NCBI GenBank assembly: GCA_053919585.1
Contig: CM132788.1
Source: Euprymna scolopes
Taxonomy: Eukaryota
Direction: 5' to 3' (one strand)
Length of the DNA stretch: 64,000 bases
The notes under the pieces are model-generated. The model was not told where the DNA came from and made no database searches. It saw nothing but the letters and a program-made list of their open reading frames with translations. Shown piece after piece: positions 1 through 13,769 of this stretch (the stretch's first letter is position 1; each line of letters starts with the position of its first letter). A program made the position numbers and the translations under genes.

Positions 1-2250
1 CTGACAACAGTTCCCAATGACTGTACAACAAATGTCCATAGCCCACTCGGGAATGCTGATCACGCTGTGATAATGGTAGAAATCAGCCTAAATTCTCGCC
101 CTAAAACTGAAGACCCACTACACAAAACAACGAGGTATTACAAAAAGGCTGATTGGGAAGCCATCAGGGAGCTCATCAGAGATGCCCCATGGCAAAATAT
201 ATTTACTCTTCCAGCGGAACAGTGTGCAAATGAGACAACTGAATGGTTCAAAACTGCTATTGAAGCACATGTTCCCGCACGGAAATACTATAGCAAGCCC
301 CACTCCCCCCAATGGTTTACTTCTGCTTGTGCAGCTGCCATTTGTCAAAGGCAGCATGCGTTCCGCAGATTCAACCGACATAAGTCCAGCTCAAATAAAC
401 AGAAGTGTATAGAAGCTAGAAATAATTGTAAGAGAGTGATAGACACAGCTAAGTCAGATTACTCTGAAACCACCAGAAAGCGCATCGAAGCACAGAAATT
501 AGGAACCCGGGATTTTTGGAAAATCTACAACAGCGTAGTTAATAATGGACAGTCAATTATTCCCCCACTAACAAACAATCATGAGGTTGCTTGCACGGCA
601 ACTTACAAGGCTAATCTGCTTGCCAGTCGGTTTGCCTCAAACTCCGCACTGAACTCGGTACACCACTCACTCCCTGATTTTCCTCTGCGAACAGACGCCA
701 CACTTGACGACTTGAAAATCACCCCTTCTCAGGTGCATGCTATTATAAAAAACCTAGACACCTCTAAAGCATGTGGACCAGATCTCATCCCGGGTGTTCT
801 ATTAAAAAAATGCTCTGCCGAGGTTGCTCCAGTTCTGTCCAAACTTTACAATAAATGCCTTAACGAATCTTGTTTTCCCGACTGCTGGAAAACCGCCTCT
901 GTGGTACCAGTCTTCAAGAATTCTGGTGAAAGAACTGACCCACTAAATTATCGCCCCATTAGCCTCCTCCCGCTTTTCGCCAAAATATTTGAGTCCTTAG
1001 TTAATAAAGCCCTAGTCCAGCACCTAACAGCTGCTAAACTCTTGACTGACAAACAATATGGATTCAGGCAAGCCCGTTCAACAGCAGATATCTTAACTGT
1101 AGTTTCTGAACGTATATACCGTTCATTGGATAAAACAGGGGAGGGTAGAGCGGTGGCCCTTGATATATCTAAGGCTTTTGACAGGGTATGGCACGATGGT
1201 CTTCTAAGGAAAATTAGATCATATGGAATCACTGGAAGAATTCATAACGTAATTAAATCCTTCTTAAGTAATAGAAAAATCAAAGGTGTCCTCGACGGAG
1301 GTACATCCAAACAATATGACATAAATGCGGGAGTGCCTCAGGGGTCTATCCTTGGACCTCTATTGTTCCTGATATTCATAAACGACCTCCCTGATAATAT
1401 TGTTTCGGAGATGGGTATATTTGCCGATGACACCACTCTCTATAACAGATATGAGGGGAAAACAAATGAACACATATCCAAGAAAATGGCAGAAACACTA
1501 GAGGATGACCTCCAATCCGTAGTGGAATGGGGACAAAAATTGTTGGTCTCATTCAATGCTGCTAAGACGTAGCTTGTTTCCTTCAATAACTACAAGAAAC
1601 CTTCTCTACCACCAATAGCAATGGCCAATAACACATTGCCTGAAAGTACTTCTTTTAAACTCCTCGCCCTAACGTTTACAGGGAATATGAACTGGAATAG
1701 ATACATTGAGAGCATTGCCAAGGCTGCTGCAAGGAAGGTTGGCTCCTTCTACCGTGCTAGAAAACTACTTACGCCTGCCAGTATCCTATACCTCTATAAG
1801 GCAACCATTCGCCCATGTATGGAGTACTGTTGTCACATCTAGGCTGGTGCATCTGCTGCTTGTCTCTCGCTTCTGGACAGGGTTCAAAAAAGAGTCGCAA
1901 ACCTGATAGGTCCTGAACTGTCATCTGGGCTTCAACCTCTGTCCCATCGACGAGATGTTGCATCCCTCTGCCTGTTCTACAAATACTTTAATGGTGAATG
2001 CTCTGACGAACTGCAAACACTTGTACCTCCCCGACGTAACTACCCCCGACAAACCCGACAAGCTACTAAGTCTCATCCCTTTACAGTGGAGATCCCTAGG
2101 TGCAAGAAAGCCTTTTACTCCAATAGTTTCATCCCCAGAACTGCGGGTCTTTGGAACTCCCTTCCGGGATTCTGCTTTCCCAACTGCAATGATATGCAGA
2201 AGTTCAAGTGTAATGTTAACAAACATCTTTCTACTCTTCTCCCTTCATAA
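1..2250 (+). pseudogene. LINE ORF2 (EN-RT) disabled by two nonsense codons
   Basis: ORFs 67..1572 and 1621..1842 and the downstream segment (AGASAACLSLLDRVQKR...LWNSLP...KFKCNVNKHL) are all in one frame. Confidence 0.9.
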
Positions 2251-2344
2251 TGACCCCGCTAATTAATTCCCTAATAGTAGCCCCCTGCTTCAAAGTGGCA
2301 CTGTGCCTTGTTTGGGGTGAAAATTGAATAAAAAAAAAAAAAAA
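1..2344 (+). mobile_element. Non-LTR retrotransposon (CR1/L2-group LINE, 'family A'), ORF2 endonuclease end + reverse transcriptase + 3' UTR + poly(A); 5' part lies outside the window
   Basis: Frame 1 reads from base 1 (..SPLGNADH, end of APE domain) through RT motifs (NYRPISLL, KQYGFR, LDISKAFDRVWH, GVPQGSILGP, FADD) and MEYCCHI to TAA at 2248-2250. Only two in-frame TAG stops (1570, 1840) and no frameshift. AATAAA/poly(A) at ~2327-2344. Confidence 0.95.
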
Positions 2345-2598
2345 TCCAAATTTTAAGAGCGTATTTATATTTTGTGTACAGAAAGATGTTAGTTCAGACA
2401 GATCATTGGTACCGTCGGTTTCAAGCCCGATAATAAGGCCCGTTTAAGGTATCCTTATCAAGCTCTATTAAGCCAATATTCATCGAGACGAATATTGGCT
2501 GAAGAGAGCTTGATAAGGATAACTTAAACGGACCTTATTATCGGGATTGAAACCGACGGTACCAACGATCTGTCTCAACTAACAACTTTCTGTACACA

Positions 2599-2605
<7 letters not shown>
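2345..2605. repeat. ~115-bp-arm imperfect palindrome made of two inverted copies of the Penelope 3' repeat (pLTR)
   Basis: Left arm ~2366-2481 is the reverse complement of right arm 2490-~2605 around an 8-nt loop (atcgagac). 2345-2481 aligns almost base for base with ~30446-30581. Confidence 0.92.
2494..2566 (+). ncRNA. Type I hammerhead ribozyme motif (Penelope-associated), predicted cleavage after GUA at 2561
   Basis: AUUGG-CUGAAGA-[stem II GAGCUUGAUAA..UUAUCGGGAUU]-GAAA-CCGACGG-UA-CCAAC. Intact catalytic core, 4-bp stem I, short palindromic stem III. Confidence 0.8.
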
Positions 2606-2638
<33 letters not shown>

Positions 2639-3938
2639 TAGTGCATTCAATAAAATTACTTGGAAATAACATTTACATCATCTAGGTAAAATGAAGGATA
2701 CAAGAAGAGGACAGTTCTATATATTGGATTTTGTTTTTCTTTGTATTTTTATGTCAGTTTCACTGGTTTAAAAACATAAGTGTCTGTCAAACACGTTCTG
2801 TATCCAGTTAAATACATAACACTGAAAATATATTACTTTTTTTTAATTTAATTTGACATAAAACTCGTTTGTGCACCCATCCTAGAATCTGCGAGCCGAT
2901 TTTTTCAACAGATTCAGATTTTATGAAACGTCACACATTTAATAAAACGCTGTTATTTTCGGCACAAATCCGAGTGTTCATCTATTTCATCTTTATATAT
3001 TGTCACAAAGTTTCAAGTGTTTATTACTTTCTCTCTCATGTAAAAAAAAACATACTTTCCCACTCTCTTATAAAGTGTACTCAAAGAATTAGTTTCGAAA
3101 CTCTTTCATTGTGTTCCTATTTTTTAAAGATTGTATAAAGAAAATATCCCCGATATATCGATTTTATTATTTTGTATTGAACATCACACACTTGTTTATC
3201 ATATAAATTACTTTATATCCCGAGGAAGATTGGCTGCCTTTATTTGAATTTTGCTAAATTGGTGTTTTGAAGTGTCAGGTTTTTCTGTGACAAACATCGC
3301 TCTGAATAACACATTAGAGACGATATATGCCACGATATTCTGTGACAAAGAAATTGACATAACTGTAAAGATGTGTGAAGTGGTCGTTGAGTATGGACCT
3401 CGCGCTAAATATGACAGATTTGCTCAATAAAATTTCATAAAAAATTTCTTCATCAACTATCAAACGTCTCTGTGTAAAATCGAAATCAATAAGTAGAATT
3501 GGTAATCGAACGTTTTCATGTCATCTAAATGAGTAAGCTTGATTCCCCGAGGATGTAGTATGCGGTATTAGCATTCGTGCCACTTTATTTGGCCTCTCAA
3601 TCGTTTGCCTTGTTTTAAAAAAATAATAACTAGAAATATTTGGCTATAGTATTTACAATTTGTTTGTGTTCTTTGAATTCAGCATCGCATTTAATGTATT
3701 ATCATTTGTGAAATTATGAACGCAAACAACCGTGACCCCGCGTGAAAACCTATTGAGTTTTTCCAACTATCCATTAACACAGGTTATATGCTTAATGTAC
3801 AATCAGTAAGGGGGATGAATTGCTTATATAATTTTTTGATAAAAGTAAATATAGTGTAAAACAATAACATTTTCACCTTAAGGAGACGATATGATTCCAT
3901 TTCCATTTGATAAAATCTGTTTTTCCGTTGCAGACCAT

Positions 3939-4715
3939 CTATTAGCTGGCCAGTTTACGAATCCCAAGAGCTATAATAACCTTCTATTATGTCTGAAAGT
4001 GACACAATGTCCAATGAGCGAAATCGGTGATATGCAGTTGTACAAATCATCATCTCTCCCAATCAATGTGTTCAAAACGGACAGCACCGACAAAATGCAT
4101 GGCTGGATCGTCAGAAATAACAGAGGCGTTCACAGTGTGATGAAAACAAATTTTCCGGTCACGGTTAATGTGTTTAGTGTGGTTTCTAGTTATTTCCTAA
4201 TCATGCCCCTCACATCTTCGAAGTCGGCTTGAATGTCAGCTCAAAGTGTAACTGGATGTGCTGAAGAGTGAGCTGATCGTTTTGTGCAATCAGGTGGTCG
4301 CTGGCAGAATCGGGGGCTGACACAGTACTCAGTGCCAGACCAGAAGTCTACATATCTCAAGCTATGTTTCAGAACTGTGCTACAACTTTGTACTCTTATC
4401 CCACTGGCTTCTCTTCTACGCTGAACCTGCTGGGCTACTTCGTTTAGTTTTACGTAGAAAGCCCCACCAATATGACTCCCCTAACATAAAAATTAGCCTG
4501 ATCCTCCTATTCCGCCGAGTGTTCGCCTAGATATCACCGGCCTTGTGAAAAAGACATGACCCCAGTTCTTGAGTCGTATCTAGGCGGCGGTTCAGACAAA
4601 ACACGGCTATATTACAAATGTAAACTCTACCACATACTCAAGTTACCTGAATTGATTTATTCAAAAAATATTTTCACATAAAGGTGTAGTGTTTTTTCAT
4701 TCGTTCTAACCTCTA
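3939..4715 (+). mobile_element. Decayed Tc1/mariner-superfamily (DD37D/maT-like) transposon remnant
   Basis: Fragments translate to VMKTNFPVTVNVFSVVSS..IMP-HIFEVGL..LDVLKS, typical of this transposase group. Homologous to the inverted copy at 27866-28503. Confidence 0.7.
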
Positions 4716-5300
4716 GACAAAAAAGAGGCGATACAGAATAGAATATTATTTTGCATCGGAAGTATTAGACGGAGGGGCAGACGAATGCAGCCAAAGTGAA
4801 GTAATTACAAAGTCAGACACATATATACCGTAATGGCTTCCAGCAAATAATAAAAGATGTTCACGTTACAGTTATGTAAAAACGCAGAACTGAACCGCCC
4901 AGCACATAACATTATTCGTTTCTCGATCATGAATAAACAATTGCAAACTCTAAAATATAAGGGGGTTGTCTGTTCACTTTCTTGTATGAGCAAACAAATG
5001 CCCGTACGAAGACAAAAATAAAATAAAAACACATTTATTTTACATATAAACTACACAGTATATAAGCCTATTTATATATTTCTAAGTAGAAAGATAATCG
5101 TGTTAATACTTACATATCTCTTATGTATATTTATGTTTGCGTTGTTATATTGCACCATCACATGCTATGCATTAGAAAACATACTCTTTCTTTTTTTCCT
5201 CATCATTTTCTCGTATAAATGTTTCCTTGGCACTCCTGATATTTAATAATCAGAACTCTAGAATTATATCGCGTATTTACGGAAAGGACAACAAAAACAA

Positions 5301-5390
5301 TTGCCAGCATTCTAAGTGAACGCGATTCGAACTTTGGACAAGAAAATTATCAGTTACAATCACTAACCATTCGACAATCAGCAGTATCAA
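5301..5390 (-). mobile_element. tRNA-derived SINE-like fragment
   Basis: Minus strand has A-box-like TGTCGAATGGTTAG and B-box-like AGTTCGAATC, followed by TTCACTTAGAATGCTGGCAA, which is shared with the 22.4 kb and 57.8 kb copies. Confidence 0.5.
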
Positions 5391-5494
5391 TCTCTTTATT
5401 AATAATTAGTTGAGCACAAGTATTTACGGAATTTTAAATTTTAATTTCAAATGATGTGTTTTAAAAACAGATTTCGTTACAAAATCTTCACCTT

Positions 5495-6572
5495 ATATAT
5501 TGTTCCAAAAAGTGTGGTTCCCTTCATTTAATCGTTTAAATTACGAGTATTTTATAAAAAATGTATATATCTTCTTACTACAATGTAGAATCTAAAATAG
5601 AAAAAAGCAAATTCGCATAATTTACTTATAGCTACGTCAAAAAACACTAAAACTGCTCGGATATCAACAAAGCATTTGGCCAAAAATTACCAATGAACGC
5701 AAGGCGCGACCTTGTTTAAGAAATGTCATGGCGGGAACAATAGAGTTTAAAATTATGAGCATATGGGTCGGCCATCGAATGTTGGAAACGATCAATTAAA
5801 AGCCTTAGTCGAAACCAATGTACGCAAAGCTGTTCGAGAACTTACTTGTGAATTAGATTTTACGTATACAACGATTTCCAACCATTTGAGAGAGATTTGA
5901 AAACGAAACTGGATAAATGGGTCTCACGAATTGAGCGCTTCCCAAAAGAACCGCCGTTATGAAATGTTATTCTCTCTTCTTTGATGCCACGAGAACGTTC
6001 CTTTTCTCGGGCGGGTTGTGGCTAGCATCAAAAGTGGGCTCTTTACGACAACCGGCAAGAGCTCAGTTGTTTACACACTAACGAAGTCCATGGCACCTGC
6101 TGGAGGCATAACAATGTCATGCTAACTCTTTAATCGTTTACGGCCGGACTCATCTATTACATTTTTTTAATGCGGGTCAAACAATTGTGAGTGGAAGTAC
6201 TGGCCGCAAATAAATAATATGCATCAAAAACTTCCACAAAAATACTAAGCATTTGTCATTAGAAAAGGCCATAGTCTCCTATGTAGCAATGCCCAACGGA
6301 ACGTTGCACAACCGACTCTGCAGAAGTCAACCAAATTGCGCTACGAAACTCTGCCACATCTGCTATAATTTTCAAACCGTTTCCCTACCAACTGCGATAA
6401 TTTAAAGCGTCATGGCAACATTCTGCGTAAAAAATACTTAACAATCTTCGTGTATACAAAGACCGCTTACAGCAACGCCATAGCCATTTTGATCAATTAT
6501 TTTTTGCAGTGTAGATATAATTATCTTAATTAAAAAGCTAAGCACCATAAAAACATTCCTGTCAACCTTATA
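5495..6572 (+). mobile_element. Decayed mariner (Hsmar1/Mos1-like) transposon
   Basis: Fragments encode KTARDINKAFG, GRPSNVGNDQLKALVETN..VRELTCEL..TISNHLREI, a frameshifted WV.HEL motif and QKNRRYE..FLGRVV. The end resembles a mariner TIR (..caaccttata). Confidence 0.8.
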
Positions 6573-7465
6573 TATTATCAGAAAACATCTCGTTTCATCA
6601 ATGTTTCTCATTTATACATGAATTTTAATCACGTGTATTGCATTATTTTTATTTATCATTATCAATCGTATGTTATCTAAAATTAAAATTTAATAAAGGG
6701 ATTTTATACGTCTTCTTCCGAGAAATTTTTCACATAATTATATCTTCAATTCAATATTCGTGCATAAATGTTCTCCTGATGATACATCTCCACCTGACCG
6801 ACACTGACTACATATATCTGGATTTAAGTTAATATATTATCTATAGTGTTAGGGAAAAATATTGTTAACAACAATACACAATTTTCCGCATATATTCGTA
6901 TACATAAAATTTTAATTGGTAAGAAACCATGCAATTCTCACGACTTTCAAATAATACTTTATTCTATTTACTACTGTATAATTCTCGACCGCTTCTTAAA
7001 TACACTTCTTACATAAACATAGCCGATTTCTTCTGTAATTATTATAACTACTTGTGCATGTCAACATGGATCTTAATTTTGGCGGCCAAAGACGACCAAT
7101 AATTCAAACTGCTGTTGATTTCTTGCATTTACATTTTTATGTAAAATTATGTTTCCAAATAGTATCACTATTCATTCATATAATATGAAATAGAATAGTA
7201 GAAACAGGACCAATACCTTGCAAATATCTAACATATTTTTTCATATTAACTGAAAAATATCTAAGAGGACGAATAAATATATTCCAAATAATACGCCAAG
7301 GACTAAGCATACAGTTGTATATACGTACTAGTGTCCCGTCAATCGCAATTTTGTGAAAATTTTCCAAGTGTTCCATTAGAGATAACCGATGTTTGGACTG
7401 ATTCGCTAATTATTTTCCTCTCTCTGATGAAGGATAGACATAATATTGCAATTCTCTTACAGACG

Positions 7466-7513
<48 letters not shown>

Positions 7514-7961
7514 CATCTACATGTGTGCATAATACACATATAGTAGTTCAGTTGTTTTGATTAAAAATGTAATTACACCAGGACGTATGAATAATGCGGA
7601 TTAAATTAATTGTTAAAAAACAACAAATTCATGAAGTAACATCTGCAATATCACATATCATGGATCTTTACCATATGTAACGCATGCTTTTCACATCAAA
7701 TGGCTTCACACCGTGTCTACATTTATTTCTTTTAAATTGTCTCATATGAGTAGATACTTCAACTCACCGGTAATAATTTTTCTTTTCAGAATCAATGAAG
7801 CACACCAGCGAACTAATTCATTAGAATAATATATGTTCAATGTTAAAATAAAAAAATCATGAACTTTGAAACATGTTCAGTGAAATAGAATTTTTTTATT
7901 TTTCCTGTTGTTGAATTATAGTAGTTCAATGTCTGTCTATTAGTAAAACTGTAAGCTTTAC

Positions 7962-8922
7962 CTTCGTTGACATATATGCTGATGACACGACGATCTATGG
8001 CAACAAATCAATTCCGTAAATGACAAAGTTCGCTCTAATTCTCTCTCTTCTGATCTTGAGAAAGTGGTACAATGGGGGAAGAGGTGGCTGGCTACTTTTA
8101 ATTCATCCAAAACCAAGCTTCTATCTTTACATCATCAACACTCTGATCCCCATCTGGCATCAATTGAAATGGATAGATCTCGTCTTTGGAAGGCTCCATG
8201 TTTTTACGATCTTATGGGTTTGACCTTTACTCCGTATCTGAAATGGAACACGTACATAAAATTTGTTGCCAGGGACGCCGGGAAAATGGTGGGATTCTTC
8301 TACCGCTCCAGAAGATATCTCACTACTGATGATATTATCTAACTGTATAAAAGCCAAGTACGTCCAAGGATGGAGTACTGCTGCCACATCTGGGCAGGAG
8401 CTGCTAAAAACAGCCTATCCTGCCTTGACAGCGTACAAAATAGACTTCGTTGTTTCTTGGGGGATGCCCTTTTCTCTTCCACAGAAGAGACGTTGCGAGT
8501 CTGTCTTTGTTTTATCGTTATTTCTATGGCAGGTGCTCGTCTGAGCTCCAATCCCTCGTTGCCCCTCGCCAATCTTTCACGATAAACACCCGTCTGGCTG
8601 AAACTACTGTCAATAATTTTCACCACTCTTTATCTGTGCCTTAATCCAAACGTAGATCCCATGAGCAGGGCTTCTTTCTTAGAACTGCACGCCAGTGAAA
8701 CTCTCTGCCGCTTCCCTGTTTCCGACCTGATTACAACTTTGACGTCTTCAAGTGCAACATAAACAAACTCCTGACAAACCGTCCCTTAAGTAAACACACT
8801 ATCAAAACCCCTAATACTAATGATTACTGCAATACTATCTCATTGATTACTGTACACGCATTAACCCTTATCCCTGAGTGGCCTTCGGTCCTTGATAAGT
8901 GGTAACCCTCATGTAAAAAAAA
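7962..8922 (+). mobile_element. 5'-truncated CR1/L2-group LINE ('family B'), decayed
   Basis: YADDTTI, VQWGKRWLATFNSSKTK, MEYCCHIWAGA and HRRDVASLSLFYRYFYGRCSSEL in shifting frames. Ends in ..catgt(A)n. Confidence 0.9.
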
Positions 8923-11258
8923 GTGATTTGCTGGTAAAAATATTACATTCAACATGTTGGAAGTTATATCGATCGGAACATTTTGAACATAACAGGTGAC
9001 ATTTCTTACGTGATCTGATTTTCTTATCCCTGTAAACGTTTGCCTTAAGAAGATGCATCGCTGGCTATTGCTCGTCTGAACCTAAATCCTGTTTATCTTT
9101 CACAAACTTATCACTAGTCTATTTACAATAACAATTTGTAATTTCCCGAACTCTCCAAATTTGCATAAAGCTAAACGAAAATTCCATGAAAAATAACTTA
9201 TTTGCAAAAACCACCTTCTTCTTGAACTACAACATGGCAACCTGAAGTTTCAATGAAACCAACTTTGTTGAGCCACCTCCGTGAATAATCAAATTCTATC
9301 CAATTTCCCAAACTAACGATCATCACGCTGGTGTCTAAGTTACCACTGATTACGCATTAACATTTGCCCCCGGGTTTTATTTTCACTCCTTCCAAAATCA
9401 GTGAATCACTTCTAAAATACCACAACAAAATTGAGCATAGTAGGGCCATTAATCAAAATAATACAATTCCCCTCTCTCTGTTCCAAAAACTTTTTCATTA
9501 TTCGAGTTAATTTTTATATATATCCGTCGAGATGAAGAAAAAAACTGACAGTTTGATGGTGTGGAAGTGTTGGTGTGTTAATGGTTTACGTTTATATGTG
9601 TGCAAATTCAAGTTTATAATTGTACAATGTATGTGCATGTGAAATCTAAACCAGGCAATACAATACTAGATAATTATTATACATCCCTTTAGCTATTAAA
9701 AACATAATTACGGAGCGTATAAGTAGACAGTAATATAGATAGATTATAACGAGAGAAATAACGAGCTGTGTGTTTCTTTTTAATATACTGGACTGCATGA
9801 CTAACCTAGAAAGGAGCAGTCGATGCACGTAGGACAAGTATCAGTGATTTTATTCAAAGTATCCCGTTCTTACAAAAATAATGAATGCTGAAACATATGA
9901 AACCGAGTCTGATCCTGTTTTGTAACAGTAAAATATGTGTAAATATGCGAAGAACTGGTCAAATGACCGAAAGACAAATAAGAAGAAACATTTGCGAGCA
10001 TTTAACTTGTAAAAAAAACTGAACATTGTTTTTTTTTATATATATATTTCGATAGTTGTTGAATGTTCTGTAGTAATTATACTTTTGGGGTGTGTTTTAT
10101 AAAATTTCTAAAGAAACTCAGATCATGGAATGTATTTAATTACTCTTTTTTTAATTATTGTCTATTGTATTAGTTGTATTGGTTTGCCTTCTTCTCATAT
10201 TGAGTTTTATCTGTGTAACTTTTCCGTCGGTTTGGCCTTCGTCCTTCTCAACCATGTTGGTTGTTCTTTGGAAAAAAAAGTTACTTGTTACGTATATAGT
10301 TTCGTATCCTTGGAGCATATCTCTGTTTTATTGCTATGGTTATTAAGCGGAGCAGGCCTAAAAACTAATGGCATTGTGAGTCTCTTATTTTATAAAAAAA
10401 CAAAATGATAAAAACTCCAAATTTCGGCGATTTGTTGAGGAAATCTCAACGATTTTTATTAATTTAATAATTCATTCTCGCAGAACGATTACAACGTGGA
10501 TTTAGCATAGTAATAAACGACTAAAACAACTTTACATAGTTTTTAAGGAGCCAATCACGTATTATACACTGCGTCGTTTTCACGTTAAACAATTACCAGA
10601 AATTAAGCAAGACCTGGCTATCGGAACGCAAAATGGAATAAGAGAAATTTAAATACATTAAAGAATACCCTTTTCTTTACTTGTTAGTGTACATATGTCG
10701 ATAACGACATATAATTTAACGGATTAAAACAGGTGAGAATGTAGGTGCACTGCAAATTAATTCAAAACATTATATTAATAGACGGTTTGCAATCATTAAT
10801 GCAATGGACAAAGTTTAATTTCTTATAATTCCTGTATATCACAAGTATGTGTTTATAGAGAATTTGAAAAAGTTCACGGATTACATAGCAGAGCAACAAC
10901 CAGTGATGATGTGCACTAAAACCCCATGCAAAAAGAAATGAATTATATCGACAATTGTAATGCACGTTTTTTCCTGAACTTTAAAAGAATGAAAAACATA
11001 AAATGTAATACGGTCAATTCGATTATGTGAAAATAATGTCAGGGTAAATGAATATAAGACATAGGTTCATATGTGATTAAGCTATTGTTTTAGATCTGTT
11101 ATTATATTCTCTAAGTTATGAATAGTTGCATAAATTAAATAAACCAATACAGCTGATGGAAATGTGTTGCACCATTAATAAAAAAAAATTCTATCAAATT
11201 AAATGGCTATAATATCTAAAAACATCTTTGAAATGTACGCTCGGCAAATAAAAAGAAT

Positions 11259-11322
<64 letters not shown>

Positions 11323-12782
11323 AACATTACAATTAAATTTACCAAAATGATCCAAGATGGTAAAACTAAAGTATATTGTAAATATTAAAGAATACATATT
11401 TATACAGTAATCTCGGCCAGATGTAAAATCGACTCAGATCCCTTTAATGTCCCAATTAATGAATATCCTTTGTTTGTACAAAAACTCTATAATATTTTTG
11501 TATATTATGTTTTTCTATTGCTTTAAAGTTCAAATTTATGCATATATGGAGAATCTATTTTGTAAATATGCGTCTTCTTACATCATTCTTTTCTTTTGTT
11601 TATTGCATGTCTCTCAATTGTCTCGCAATTGCTTGAAACCCCGCAACTATTTTCAATTAAAATATTTATATGAATTCCGGTCATCACCAAAATAATCTCC
11701 GAATGAAATATATTAAAATTAACATCCAAATATTGTTTGGAAGACATCTGCAAATAGATTAGCTACCCCCCAAAAAACAAATTTTGATCTCCAAAACGTA
11801 CACAAATTAGCTACGCATCGGAAACGCTACTGAAATTAAACCTCTCTTTCAAGTAAAATGTAATAGGCCTGGCGGAAAACTTTAATTTGATGGATCCAGA
11901 TCGAAATTCGAATTAGGGTTAGTAAAATTCGCGGGTGATTTACGAATTATCAAGTTACATACACTCATTAAAGTACAGCCTGACATTTGATACGCCAGTG
12001 AATTTATTAGAAAGAAATCAACTTTCTCAGCAATATTAATAATGTGGAGAGATAACATGTATCTCTCTCTAAATAACCCACCAGACCTTGGGGATTTGTT
12101 GCAAAGTATTGAATATATTAATAGATCATTTTTTAATAGAAAGGTTAAAACAAGTATCTATTTATGAACAGAAGTTTTCTATAACTTATGGAAACCGAGA
12201 TGATTACTACAGATTATATAATGACCATGGAAACATCGGCAAATAGAATGTAAATATCTGACGAAGTGTTTAGCGAGAGACGATTGATCACCATGGTATT
12301 TACATAGTCTGCCGATTGACTTTACGCTGTTTTCAATATCAACTTCTCTGCATTCGATTGACCTAAGCATATGAGATAGATCAACAGTAGATCTTGATAT
12401 TAGAATCTTAAACTGTTCCCTATTATGAGGTTTAAAACCGACGGTATCGTCAGCTTACCGTGTACAGTATTACTAAAGCAAACCACTCATACAGTAAATC
12501 CCTGAGCGGTACTAGCTTTTTAAATCATTGATAATGTGAGAAACGCGATGAGATTTCCGGCACCGTCCATTGTTTATATTGACTTTAGATACAACTCTCG
12601 CTTATTGTAGCGGATGCTCGTTAATTGCTCAACAGTTATAATCGATCATTCTGAAATTCAATGTAAAGCTCCAATACACTGTTGATAAATTTGCATGTCT
12701 AGTAAACCTGAAGAACTGAGATACGACGAAACAGGTTGTCCACGTTTGACACGCTCATCTCTTTTTAACCCCCCTCTCTCTC

Positions 12783-12830
<48 letters not shown>

Positions 12831-12958
12831 TTGTATGTAATATACTGAGTTCGTGCAATCAAGTGAATTTTTCATATACCAATAAGTTTGAAGCCAAAAA
12901 GAGAATGCTTTAAAAGTAAGCTTCAAAATTATCATATTTCATAATTGAGCATATATAG

Positions 12959-13044
<86 letters not shown>

Positions 13045-13700
13045 CGAGATGAAAACGGAATAACGCAAGATATATGTCAATCAACGTTTCCGGTTGTTTT
13101 AGAGAAAATCAAAAATATAAGTACAAAAATTTGCAAAAATATTTATCGCAAAAATGAGGCCTTTTTTAATTCAAAACAAAATGTAAGAATATCAGAATAT
13201 ATATCGCGTATTCATATGAGTGAGATTTTTTAAACGTCCTATAACTGTCCCGTCATGTTTAAACATGTGGCATCAATAAGGTATGTTTATCTTTAAATAA
13301 ATCGGTAATAATTGAAATTAAATAGGTCTATTGTTGTTTCATCATATATAGACTGATTATGTAATTAATAATGTTATGTAATATATTATGGAGTAAGTAA
13401 TTTAAAGTTTTTCTAAATTTTAAACTGCTCTTTTATTAAGAGTTTACTTCTTAAGAAGGACAATTGTAGTAACTTTCATGCTTTTTAATTATGTTAGGGT
13501 TTGCAATAAGGGTCAATTAAAAAAAATCTTCTCGAGAGTTTTTAGAAATAAATGAAACGATTTTTGCTCGAGCAGCAATAATATAGAAATTACTGCATGC
13601 AGAGTGTTGGCATTTTTATATCGCTTTTATATTAACAGAGTCATTTCTTTAACCACCGGTGAGTTTCACCAACGACTAAATACTTGCAAATATGGTAAGT

Positions 13701-13762
<62 letters not shown>

Positions 13763-13769
13763 GCAAAAC

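Noticed and set aside
1570-1842. Two TAG stops in the LINE ORF as possible readthrough or alternative genetic code
   Set aside because: They fall at positions that are K/Q and W in the paralogous copies, so simple nonsense substitutions explain them.
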